DNA of 53,739 nt, counting the filler, from Dirinaria sp. TL-2023a (Eukaryota): assembly GCA_051941275.1 (NCBI GenBank). It is 4 parts of 4 records of this genome, joined end to end, with 100 filler letters (N's around TTAATTAATTAA, not from the genome) between each part and the next. Parts side by side here need not be neighbours in the genome. Positions count along the whole stretch, not along the records: positions 1 to 13,363 come from JAVEBF010000694.1; positions 13,464 to 26,824 come from JAVEBF010000695.1; 2 more parts are not named here. One strand, written 5' to 3'. The translations under genes were made by a program, and so were the position numbers. The notes below the pieces were generated by a model. It did not search any database, had not been told where the DNA came from, and saw only the letters and a list, made by a program, of their open reading frames with translations. Positions 12,301 to 22,700 of the stretch are shown here, in pieces (position 1 is the stretch's first letter; each line of letters starts with the position of its first letter).

Positions 12301-13200
12301 ATCGAAGAAGAAGAGCGACTCGCGGCGGAAAAGGTGCGAAAGGAGAAAGAAGCGGCCGAGGAAAAAGCGAGGAAGGCCAGAGAGGCGGAGGAAGAGATCA
12401 AGAAGAGTGGTACGCGACGGATACCCCTAGAGAGGCTCATACAGCCATTGTCAGCCGAGTGGGACCGCCGAGTCGATGAAGCCTTGGCAGAACCGATGAG
12501 CAAAGGCCTGACAAGCACCAGCACTGGCACGACCCTCACGCGTAGAGACATCGGCAAGATCCTGCCACAGGCTGGTGTTCCTGGCGAAGATCCGCGCGGC
12601 TGGCTCAACGATGATGCCGTGCTAGCATATCTTCAGGCAATTGTCGACCACGGACTGGTGCGCTCCGGCCATAAGCGCGGCCAGACGCCGTCCCTTCACG
12701 CATTCAACACATTCTTCTACAACAACCTGAAGAGCAAAGGCCCCGACAGTATCAAGCGGTGGGCCGGCAAGGCCAAGATCGGCGGCAAGGATCTGCTCAA
12801 GGTCGAACACGTTTTCATCCCGGTGAACCACGGAGGGATGCACTGGACGCTGCTGGTGGTCTCGCCCCGCTACAAGCGCATCGAGTATTTCGATTCTTTC
12901 CACGGCGAAGCCAGAGAGGTGCTTTCGAACGCGAAGAAGTGGCTGAAGCAGGAGCTCGGCGACGCCTTCACCGAGTCCGAGTGGAAGTCGGCCGGGAAAG
13001 CGGGCCCGCGACAGACGAACGGCTCCGACTGCGGCGTCTTCACCGCCACCACCGCCAAGATGATCATGTTGGGCGTCGACCCGATGGCGTACAGCGCGGC
13101 CGATATCCCACTGCAGCGGAGGAGGATGGTGGCGGAGTTGTTGAACCGCGGGTTCACGGGGGAGTTTGAGCCGAATGTGGTGTTTACGAGGGAGGAATAA
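9340..13200 (+). CDS. ULP1: Ulp1-family (peptidase C48) SUMO protease with long low-complexity N-terminus
   Basis: C-terminal WLNDD..., FNTFFY, HWTLLV, YFDS, QTNGSDCGVF (His-Asp-Cys triad and oxyanion Gln). Start placed at MADEMDW (9340); the ORF is open from 9160. Confidence 0.88.
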   Translation: MADEMDWQSEDQMDWQVDTPPKVFFQVPVPCRQFSRRRTLDEYAEGRRLEYSRTSNPEPALPDAALYPLGHDAAATTPLGNPYLHPDQAYGYGWDQASYLKAITDPISYSEWIAGRQHLYANRPKAYRYLRQTIDTISYGIVAAARSETVRTFCFAGYHAGRYLFTGNPRITHTYVAVAQAANGAKRRVIDITRSTKPRNPYENILFSPEQRRQLRYRERLRGSRNAKDKDRFWEAFADPVEGIEATVPNPLHCMSGALPAPEPATPVKNPFFVPGEWVPSPEQVPQTPRLVAFYDPNSTDVVMSESDDLCEEHSQDTNTWTTILSPAPQNGYGSTDNTATPADLGHNAGPNIAKDQVTVANDPINSQAPAVSTLESNNHGQNNIVGSPATTPQSGVPASKDDSPPVQNPNRPAPVQTTCSRSDTGDVDSTCVELQRTYENDQRFKADPEDKGPKGSLVSQSRESSSLDAAIRDAIDSQAPPSRPKVDSSVNASSASSYKADPVPVLAPPPTSFPLPMTPKAKSPKKRVQFYVSPTTGKPVDRLKKFIIGARIDETYRSSPSTVPRLSPAGSGPKQLTSILSSPTTSNQHDTGPLFNNPALRERLLAMYNIESSSTDTTETLADSSPASSEATESPSSSEAKESPTSSEGTESPASSETAESPAALQQSLPVTPSDDIKHTECGRIPNPNDQLIGAQPEAVSFEAPPWYKRPHSFLAKIIGGGLRRLGINTLRVTAEGSPTLLQSSSAATSITTTMSGNKSRAGEESSSPLVDENSIQDESTLSPTQIDNITQVACPLSTAETLPREVSSSSTEESENLPITDAISTQNLDNKNASHSQVNMSVEPPSVTSLSVGILASEGSSSPSKESSSSLMPADASSPKGQDSIVSPGQVEALAQSSSGSSSIGATLSDEGSSSPTKESSSSFMPADPSSPKEQEGTASPDQVDASIDPLTPDRVLDEMGNLHISGRKFTLRSDSRVEREVQLQIEEEERLAAEKVRKEKEAAEEKARKAREAEEEIKKSGTRRIPLERLIQPLSAEWDRRVDEALAEPMSKGLTSTSTGTTLTRRDIGKILPQAGVPGEDPRGWLNDDAVLAYLQAIVDHGLVRSGHKRGQTPSLHAFNTFFYNNLKSKGPDSIKRWAGKAKIGGKDLLKVEHVFIPVNHGGMHWTLLVVSPRYKRIEYFDSFHGEAREVLSNAKKWLKQELGDAFTESEWKSAGKAGPRQTNGSDCGVFTATTAKMIMLGVDPMAYSAADIPLQRRRMVAELLNRGFTGEFEPNVVFTREE
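11215..11330 (+). repeat. In-frame 27-nt tandem repeat (4 copies plus a partial, SPxSSExxE) inside ULP1
   Basis: tccccagcttcctcagaggcaacagaa / tccccatcttcctcagaagcaaaggaa / tccccaacctcctcagaaggaacggaa / tctccagcttcctcagaaacagcagag. Confidence 0.9.
11758..12190 (+). repeat. In-frame 159-nt (53 aa) tandem duplication, ~3 degenerate copies, inside ULP1
   Basis: EVSSSSTEES at 11758, EGSSSPSKESSSSLMPADASSPK at 11917, EGSSSPTKESSSSFMPADPSSPK at 12076; exact 159-nt period. Confidence 0.8.
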
Positions 13201-13363
13201 TGAGTGAGAGAAGGTCTACTTTTACCCACCCCCCTGCAGAGGGAGCGAGAGAAGGAAGTGGATGCGATTACGGGGCCAACTTTTTAATATTTCTTCTAAG
13301 ACTTCGCTTCTTGTATGTAGTTTACCCCCCCTTTGGCTTTGCTTTTTTTTTTTTTTTTTTTTC

Positions 13364-13463
13364 NNNNNNNNNNNNNNNNNNNNNNNNNNNNNNNNNNNNN
13401 NNNNNNNTTAATTAATTAANNNNNNNNNNNNNNNNNNNNNNNNNNNNNNNNNNNNNNNNNNNN
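13364..13463. other. Artificial contig-joining linker (N44-TTAATTAATTAA-N44)
   Basis: 100-bp spacer with a palindromic core that places stop codons in all six frames; identical to the other two linkers. Confidence 0.98.
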
Positions 13464-14393
13464 CAGTCGCACCCCCAAAGCCACAACCATACCCCGAGAA
13501 AAACCACAAACCCCAACCCCTTAACCGTCCTATAGGCCAAAAGAATCCTCCTCAAGCGGGTGAGAATACGGGCGTTGACACACGCACTTGGCGCGAACGC
13601 CGAGATGATTTTGTCAACTGGGATAAACATCTGGTGCGGCGGAGAGAGCTGTACGTTGCTTGCGCCTGAAATTTGTACCGCGTCTCTTCAATAAGGCGTT
13701 TCGGTCATTGACAAGCGTAACAGAGCACTGAAAGCCATCAAACCTTATTTCCGGGAATGGAGCGCCCTGAGTAGCTACAAGGGTAAAACCTTCTTTCCCC
13801 CTCGGGCGCTTTTCAGAGGGGAAAGGGCGCTTTATTTTCCGAATCTGAGGGGTTACACGCTTGCCAATCGATGGAAAGTGGACAAGGATACTACGGACGT
13901 TCTCCGAGGCAAGATTTCGCTCGTGGTGCTTTACAGTGGGAAGTGGGCGATCGATCAAACAGATTCCTTTGCTGGGAAGGAGCAGAATCCGGAACTGCAG
14001 AAATTAATGGCGGAGGGCGGTGGACTGCAGAGAGTGGATATAAATTTCGAGGAGCAGCGCCTGAGAGCAGCCATGTTGTGGATGTTTACCGGGGCCCTGA
14101 AGAAAACGAAGAAAGCAGAGGACTGGGATAAATACTTCGTGGTCCGTAAGGGCTTGGTGGATGATGTGAGGATGGACATCAGTTTCATAAACGTGAAGGT
14201 AGGGTATGTGTACCTGGTGGACTGGGACTGTAAGATCCGGTGGGCAGGAAGTGGAGATGCGGACGGAGAGGAAAGGGAAGGTCTGGTGACTTGTGCGAAG
14301 AGGTTGATAAACATTTGGAGGAAGGGAGAGGCGGCTAAACGACAGGAAGTCAATACTGCTAAGCAGGAAGCAATAGCTACTGCGGAAGCCTGA
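13464..14393 (+). CDS. ATP10: Mitochondrial ATPase assembly factor ATP10, 5'-truncated by the contig end; intron ~13651-13723
   Basis: PLNRPIG...ENTGVDTRTWRERRDDFVNWDKHL..R|...KPYFREW...KGKTF...ALYFPNL.G.TL and C-terminal VGYVYLVDWDCKIRWAGSG, characteristic of ATP10. Confidence 0.88.
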
Positions 14394-14495
14394 GTCTCGC
14401 TGTAAATAACTGATATTGGTAAAGATACCCAACTTACCAAAGATGCCACCTGTTGCTACATGCCCAGACGCCGCGCTGTACCTCCTTTGGAACTG

Positions 14496-15294
14496 TCACA
14501 TAAAATACAGTAGCATTAAGAAGCAAAATGCAATGAAGCTTCCTAGTATAATGCCATCTCTTCTCTTCTTCGTCCCTATGCGTCCAATCAATCCATTGAT
14601 GCCTGGCACCTGACTCGCGGCCCCTACAATCCTCCGGTTGATGTTGGCAAGAGTCTCTCTTTGTTGCCCAAACCTTTCGTTGATGGCGTAAGCTTGGCTT
14701 AATACTGTATCGGCAACGCTGTGGCTATCCTCTATTCGCTGCCGCTCGCCTAGCATATAGTCGGCTTCAGCTGCTTCTGGGTTGGAGGAGCGGTAAGCGG
14801 AGATGTCATTCCTGACATTAGAGAGGAGATTTGCTTTTGAGCGGGCTTCAGATATTGCCGAGCGGATCCTGGTGAGCTCTCGCTGGTGTTCTAGAAGGAT
14901 CTCGCGATGTCGGGAGAGATTGTTCTGTTTTAGAGCGGAAGCGGTGAGGACAGATTCGGAATCGAGGAGGCGAGACAGTTGAGCAATAAGGCTCCCACGC
15001 TTTAGTAAGTCAGTCCCTGGTTTATGAATCGAACCTTCAGGGCGGAGGGTGTACTCTTTCCAGGAGGTCTTGGATTTCCGACTCGCACTTCTGCTCCTCT
15101 TCTGAAGGGCTCGGTGGGAGGCTGGTCGTTCGGGAAAATTGTGAGTAGGTGTGGAACAAAACTTCTGTCTATTATACGTAATCATATTAGCCTTCCCTTG
15201 GGCAGCTCAAAGTTGTATATTCAATCACCTGAGATTCTAGGGACCTGGCTTGCTGCCGCAGCTGCGCCCATCCAGTGCCCGTCGATGCTGACAT
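14496..15294 (-). CDS. GOS1: Golgi SNARE GOS1/GOSR1, exons 15294-15229, 15168-15055, 14999-14496
   Basis: MSASTGTGWAQLRQQARSLESQ|TEVLFHTYSQF..., LSRHREIL, SNARE coiled coil, C-terminal KKRRDGIILGSFIAFCFLMLLYFM tail anchor. Confidence 0.92.
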
Positions 15295-15585
15295 TGATAT
15301 GCGTATGGAGATTGTGGCTCTGAATCTATGTGAGAGTTCCTAATTTCAGAGCCCATGCGAAGAATCATTCTGATCTGCTTCTGCGTACTAAAGAAGCGCG
15401 ACGAGGCGACATATTGCGTTTTGAAGATCGGGGCAGTCCCAGCTGACTAACATGGAACGGCCAATCTTCGCTTAAACCACGCTAGTGCAAGAAACCCTGG
15501 CGGCGCACACTGGACTCTTACGAGCCTCAGTAGTAGATTAGTAGAGCAAATTCCTTAATATCACCTACCACCAGCGACAACCACG

Positions 15586-16221
15586 ATGGTATGAGTCCAG
15601 ACACTGCAATAATATAGAATCTGCTAACAATTCGCTAAGTCTTCCTCCAAAGTCAAGCCGGCGCAGCTGCGGGGCAAAAACAAGGAAGACCTTCAGAAAC
15701 AGCTCGGCGAACTCAAGACTGAGCTTGGCCAACTACGGACCCAAAAGGTAGCAGGAGGAGCCGCTGCTAAGCTCACCAAAATGTATGCTCTTCCAGTATC
15801 TCCATTAATTTCAATGGCGCGATCCGGTCTTTTATTCGTACCACATCAGCGGCTAACCTACCTTTAGCCACGACCTCCGAAAATCAATAGCTCGTGTCCT
15901 CACCTACATCAACACGCAACAGCGTACCCAACTTCGCCTATTCTACAAGGGTAAAAAATACGTACCCCTGGATCTGCGGCCGAAGAAAACAAGGGCGATC
16001 AGGAGGCGATTGACAAAACACGAGGCGACCATAGTCACCGAAAAGCAGAAGAAGAGGCAAACGCATTTTCCGCAGAGAAAATATGCTGTCAAGGTACGTG
16101 AGCTCAACTTCTGAGCCACTATTGGAGCACAAGAATGGAAGAAAGGGGAGGGGGACAGGGGGGAAAATTGGCGTGGTACCGCTTCTAGATAAAGGCTGAC
16201 TTCTGGCAGGCGCAACCTTAG
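15586..16221 (+). CDS. RPL35: 60S ribosomal protein L35 (uL29), exons 15586-15588, 15640-15782, 15868-16093, 16210-16221
   Basis: Manually spliced: [101 protein letters not shown]...[13 protein letters not shown]. Not present in the ORF track. Confidence 0.95.
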
Positions 16222-16971
16222 GGTTCTTAGTGGAGAGGAGACGGCGGATGGATTGCGGACATGTATCTTGAGAAGGAGGGCAAGTCACGAAGATGCAATT
16301 TGCTCTCAGTAGGCATGGGATAGTGAACTCGATTATTTCTAAGATCCGAGAATACCGTTCTTGCTACTCACGTGACCTTCTTTCGAAGTACCTTACACTA
16401 TGCTTTACGGTGATTCGATTAATGCCTTACGTTCGAAAGCAGAAGCTGCGAACGATCTCTGACATAAAGAGTATTACCGCATTCCGTAGATGCAATGGCG
16501 CTGGCCAAAGCATGACATAGGTCTCAAGCAAAACACCATGTGTTCACGAAGGCAATGATCTGCTGCTCATCGGAGTCTTTTGCTTACATTGATTCTGACC
16601 ACCTACATACAGCCTGCTGCATGGATGATTGTCTAGACTATACTAGCGTTGATCGGGGGTGTGGGGAAGAAGGAACAACCGAGATGCGAGAAGTGGCGCG
16701 CATTTCGAGCTAAAAGAGGAAGTCTGGAAGTGATGGCAATAGAAAGCTTGCCATCATGGCCTGCAAGCACCTTTCATGACCTTTTACATATATCACAATC
16801 CAATATTACTCACTGTGGGATATCATTCTTCCAACGTCATTTGTTATTGAATAGGCAATTCATATCGTCAGGCGAGGACTTGACTAATTCTTTTGTCAAT
16901 GGACGACGCTTCTTCCGTTGAACTCCCATACCTTCGATCACGGGTCTGAGACCCAATTAGTATTAAAAATA

Positions 16972-17941
16972 ATGGTATTTCCATTTTTCCCCAGCTTCAT
17001 CAGAGGCCAGTAATATGTCGCAATTTACTGACGACGCTAAAACAGGGTTGCTCTCTGTCCACTCGCCGCAATAACGACCGCTCTTCCCCATACTCTGGAT
17101 CAAACACTCATGGCGAATCTTCTCGCGCTATAACTTCCGCTCCTTCGCATGGTCCTGATATCTCTAGCCCTCAAGTCTCATCGCACACTCCAGATACCCA
17201 GCAGCCTCGCTCAAGGCGGCGAATAGGCTTGAGGGAGCAATTCAATGCTCCATTACGGCGGCACCCTTGGAATTCCAAGAAGCAATGGACTCGAAGCCAG
17301 TTGGCCCGAGAGAGATACGAGTTCTTTGATACGAGGGTCACGGGCAGAGAAGAAATATGGGCCTCGCTCAAGGCTGTCGTTGACCTCCTAGTTGAAGGCG
17401 ACCTTCAAACTGCCCAGAGCATTCTGGACGCGGCAGGAATCACAGTACCCACGGGTGATCTCATCAACGGTGCCTACGACGAGGTCGGAAATCTCTATCA
17501 GATACCCGAGCACATTATTGATGACCCCGATAACGTCATTACTGATGCGCAGGATGCCGCGGCGAAAGACGAGGACAAGGGAGAGACCATCGATGAAGAT
17601 GAAATAGAGAGGAGGCGGGAAGAAAAAGGGAAGGGTGTGATCAAAAGCGAGGACATGCTCAACGTCAAAGCACGTCTCAGCGATCGTGGAGGCCCTGATA
17701 TTGTTATACCCGTGGGAAAGGACCAAAATGTGAGGGTCTTGGTTCGCAAGATTCAAGAGGAAGCAAGTGTAAAGTTTCCGTCCTCCTCTCCCTAGTCCCC
17801 AGTATACTGAAATTCCTCTAGATTCCAGGCAAAGTAAAGGTCAAGATAGCTTATCTTGGAAAATTATTGAAAGACGGAGAAACGTTGCAGGCGCAGGGTT
17901 GGCGTGAAGGACATGTGGTCAACGCTCTTGTATTCCAATAG
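16972..17941 (+). CDS. Ubiquitin domain-containing protein (DC-UbP/UBTD2-like), exons 16972-16974, 17046-17768, 17822-17941
   Basis: M|GCSLS N-terminus (myristoylation/palmitoylation-like), ERYEFFDTRVTGREEIW...GAYDEVGNLYQIPE domain, C-terminal Ubl (KIAYLGKLLKDGETLQAQGWREGHVVNALVFQ*). Confidence 0.85.
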
Positions 17942-19737
17942 GCCGCCGGTTTTGATACCCCACGAAGGAGCGACACAGGCTATATTATTGCGACAACATA
18001 TGCTTATCGGAGCTCGGAATTCCGAAGTACTCGATTGTTATGCATTCGGTGTTGCAGCTCTTGGTTCATGCTTTTGCAGCGACGTCATTGAGGATGTACA
18101 GTGGAAAAGGCATGCATGGACGCACTCCAAGAGGCAGGGACAGCGTCAAGGATCGACAGACAGGGTCCTCTAATTGTGCAAGGCCATTCGCATATGATTT
18201 ACGTAAGTACATACTGTGTAAAAGGAAGCGTCTTGTACATAGCGTCAAAGACGGAATGTCTCCGTCCATATAATGCTTCGTACAAAGAATTTATTCGAGG
18301 TGTCCCATGTGTATGAATCTTCTCTGCCCCTAGCTTGCAAACCTACCACATTGCGGAAGCCAAAGGAAGATGCTCGACAAGCGTCGCCTCTCTTGACCTT
18401 CTCGTGACTGTTATCGCTTTTGTGATCATCACCGGCATCTTCTTGTAATTACGAGCTGAGGTGCCGCAAAATTGCTCCCACTGCTCACTTGGGCGCCGTA
18501 CCTTACTACAGGTACCTCATATTGTTGTTGCATTAAATCTATGGATGCGGACTCCTTGTCTACTAGATTTATTGGTGTATTTCAGTCTTGGTCTTCCGCT
18601 TTCTGTGGAGAATAGGACAGTTTTTGATGAGCAATTGATGATTGGTTTTTATCTGCCAACAAAGTCCGCATTAGAGACGTCTCCGAAGAGATGTACATTA
18701 TTCAGGATGACCAGAGTGGAAATTCATCCGCTAAGCTATTGGCGTATTTACCAAGTTGAGAGAACTTTTAGGAGTTAGATTGTAATAAAACTTCTTGCAC
18801 TGCGCCTTCACGTGCCTTCGAATGTCATTGTAATGATGTCGACAAATATATTAGTTTTCCCTGATCCTCAATTGGATCTGGTCTAGTCAAGCGCCAATAT
18901 TACACTTGGGCCTTTCTGTAAAGACTGGAAACGGGAATCCCATGCTCTGGCCGTGTATTCGTTTCCGAGACCCTCTAACGAACTAGGAACTCATAAACTT
19001 ACTGCTGAGTGACTACGACTAGGCGTATCAACGAAATGCCGAAGGATCAATGCGCCATTGGAGAGCCATGGTAAAGTAGTCAAGATGTTGTATTTGTATA
19101 AGTGACACGATAAGGAGACCTACTTAAAGGAAAGAAAAGCATCAATCCACTCATAGGTAGTATAATGAACGAGTTTCTACTCTTGCTAGGGCGTGAGTTA
19201 GCAATGTCAAGTCACGAAGTCTCTTGCAATAATACACGCCGTATTGGCATGCTGGAGTGTCCTGGAGCAACCGAAGACAGGCCTGATAAGCCTGATATCT
19301 TGAGTGTTGCACGTGACCATCAAGACCTCAAGACCTCAAACTAGGCTGAAACAGGAGCGTGAACGCTAAAGAGGTGACAGGGGTGTCGCGAGCGGCGTGG
19401 AAACTGCAAGTTCAGGAACTTCCCGTGCTGAGTGAAATCGGACGAAAGTAGTAAGATACAACCAACGACGCCAGCACAAGTCTCCGGGTCCACCTCGATT
19501 TCCAACAGATCCTACTACAACTACATTATACATCAACTCCTCAGCATCGCTGTACCCCGGTACTCGCGCACCAAACGTCACGCATCGCCCTATCAATCTT
19601 GAAACTCGCAGTTGTCAGCACCTTCCGTTTTGCGCCGTAGACGAGAAGGTCCGCGATAATGCTCGGTGGCGTTCATCCTTGAGATTGGCAGAATGGAGGT
19701 CGCGTTGGGCCACAGCACTCAATAAAACGGTCACAGG

Positions 19738-22700
19738 ATGTCGTCCTCACCTCGCCATCACCTGCGGCGGCAGTCAATACCTCTGCAAGACCTTTCGCGT
19801 CCGCCAGACACTCCAATTGAGGATGATGGTGGTGGTGGAGGCAATAGAAGCCGTTCTTTGGGAAGGAAAAGGTCTCTTCTGGGAAACAGGCAGGCATTTC
19901 GAGGGACAGTGAACACTTCTGGCAGATATGAGCGAGTCCTGGAAGGGTCTCCTGACAGGGCGAATGCTCATACACCACACGTCACTACGCCGAGGAATGT
20001 ACACCAGCCCATACCGTACGACGACGGCGAAGTGTCTCCCGTTAATCCTGGAGACTTTCAGGCGGCAGTGGGCTCTGTGGGCTTGAGCTTTGACTCCAGC
20101 GGCCCGTCAAGATCGCCAGCGCCATCTTCCCAAGCAAGCGGTCGAAGACGAAGTACCCTGAATGTGATAACAGAGGACCATCCGCCGTTTGGAGCATCAA
20201 TCACGAGGACGGACACAGAAGAGAATTACTTTTCGCCCACCGAAAACGATACAACTCCTTTGACGGATACTCGCTTCCTACAGCCTATGAGCGGAGTACC
20301 AGCGTCCGCCTCTTCCGGCCAAAGACACGATAGATCGATGTCACGACTAGGTGATGATTTACCCAATCTAGAGGCTGGGCTTAGACCTTCTTCGACGTAC
20401 AGTGCAAAGTCGTTGAGCAGATCGCTGTCCGTTTCGGGGTCGGCTTCGCCACTGTTACGAGCAGGGACTATCATGCGGAAAATGTCACAGCGTGTAGTCA
20501 ATCTCAGTAACGAGCCAGAGATCGTTGAACAGAGCATACGGCGGCAACCATCGCGGGATGCCAGGCTAGAAGCGCCACCCTCGTTCCCAGCCTATATCGA
20601 GTACGGCAATGATGAAGCCGAGAATGCATTCTCACCCCTCGAAAAGTCTCGGTCTAACGTCGTCGCTGTTGGCCAGGAGCCAGTCGCCTTCAAGCAACAA
20701 CCCAATCCTTTGAAAGGGAAAAGCTTGGGGATTTTTCCGCCGGACAATTGGATAAGGTTACGATTATGTGAAATGCTAGTACATCCTTTAACGGAGCCAA
20801 TTATTCTAATGCTTATATTTATACAAACTCTTCTTCTCGCCATTGATTCGGCACCAAAACTGGCACTAGGCAAGAGGCCGAAAGTATGGGGTCACTCGTG
20901 GATTGACTTTGCGTTGGTGGTTCTTTTCACTATTTACAGCCTGGAGATTATCGCACGCGTCATCGTCTCCGGGTTTATCAAGAATGCCGAGGAATACAGC
21001 ACGGTTGACTGGGACTTGGGCATCAAACAAGCCATAATTGACCGGTGCATGACTTTTTTTGTACCTCAGAGGCAACAGCAAATCTCTGGCAAGAAAGCTG
21101 TAACCTCAGCCGATCCTGCAGCATCAGTTTTGAAAACTTTTACCAGGACTCAGGAACAGATGGATCAACCGGGACACACCCGGCAACAACAGCGCGTAAG
21201 GCTCGCTCGGAGAGCTTTTCTACGTCACGGGTTCAATCGGCTTGATTTCGTGGCCGTTGTCTCTTTCTGGGTCTCATTCATTCTTGACTTATTACAGATC
21301 GAGTATCGCCACCACATTTACGTATTTCGCATGCTGAGCTGTCTTCGAATATTGAGGTTACTGGGTCTGACCAAGGGTACTTCGGTACACTTCCCACCTA
21401 GTTTATTGGCCTCCACTTTAAGATATGGGCCTGACGCTAACGTACAACCAGGTCATCCTACGAAGTCTCAAGCGAGCAGCTCCGCTACTTGTCAATGTGG
21501 CTTTTCTCATCGGGTTCTTCTGGCTATTGTTCGCTATAGTGGGCGTTCAGAGTTTTTATTCATCCTTCCGGCGATCCTGTGTTTGGTACGAGGACATCGC
21601 GAACGTGCGTACGAACCGGCTGCTGCAAAACAACTTCGCGCAAAACGTTGCGCCCAACAACTTCCAGCCGTGTGGTGGCTATCTAAATGCCACAACAGGA
21701 CGGCCATGGCCATGGCTCAAGGCTGACTTATCCAATGGAACTGACTCCCATAAGGGCTACCTATGCCCGAAGAATTCGCTTTGCGTGGAAGGGTCTAATC
21801 CCTATAACGGTACCGTTAGCTTTGATAATGTTCTGAACTCACTGCAGCTCGTTTTTGTCATAATGAGTTCCAATACCTTTTCCGATCTGCTCTATTACAC
21901 CATGGACAGCGACTTTCTGGCTTCAGCTCTATTCTTCGCTTTTGGAATAGTTATTATGAGTCTTTGGTTGATGAACTTACTCGTCGCAGTCATCACCTCC
22001 TCGTTTCAAGTCATTCGAGAAGAAAGTAAAACTAGTGCGTTTACTGCAGACGAGGAGCCAGTTCGGCTGCTGGACGAGCAAGAAGAACCCGAACAGACAA
22101 TGAAAGTCCCAACACTCAAACGCCTCTATAAAAAGACATACTGGTTGTGGATAATCATTATTGTCTTCGATCTTGTAGTGCAAGCTCTCCGAAGCGCAAA
22201 CATGAGCTCGAGCCGCAGAAAGTTCATCGACGAAACTGAGACTGCCGTTACACTTGTGCTGGTCGTGGAAATTTTACTTCGATTTCTTTGCGACTGGCGG
22301 AACTTCCATACAAGCCCACGTAACTGGATTGACCTGGGTCTAGCCGTAATCACAGCCATAATACAGCTCCCGTCGATACATGGATCTGGGCAACCCTACG
22401 CTTGGCTGACTTTCTTCCAAATTGTTCGGATATACCGTGTTGTACTCGCTGTGTCGCTCACACGCCGATTGATTGTTAGACCATTCTGACCGCTGAAGGA
22501 GAGCCTATTGCTAATCATTCTTATAGCTGACCGTCCTCGGCAACGTCACTGGTCTACTGAACCTAGTGGTGTTTGTATTCCTCATCACGTTCCTCACGGC
22601 AATTTTTGCTGTTCAGATATTCCGAGGTCAATTCCCACCGGAAGACAGTCAACAGGATACTATCAACGTAACTTTCTCGGATATTTTCAATTCATTCATA

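Noticed and set aside
13408..13419. TTAATTAATTAA palindrome repeated three times at ~13.46-kb spacing
   Set aside because: Embedded in N runs; a synthetic six-frame-stop linker, not a biological repeat or CRISPR.
13464..13880. Suspected frameshifted ATP10 pseudogene
   Set aside because: Manual translation is continuous once the ~13651-13723 intron is removed; the gene is only truncated by the contig end.
15938..16288. Minus-strand ORFs in the track
   Set aside because: They overlap the real + strand RPL35 exons.
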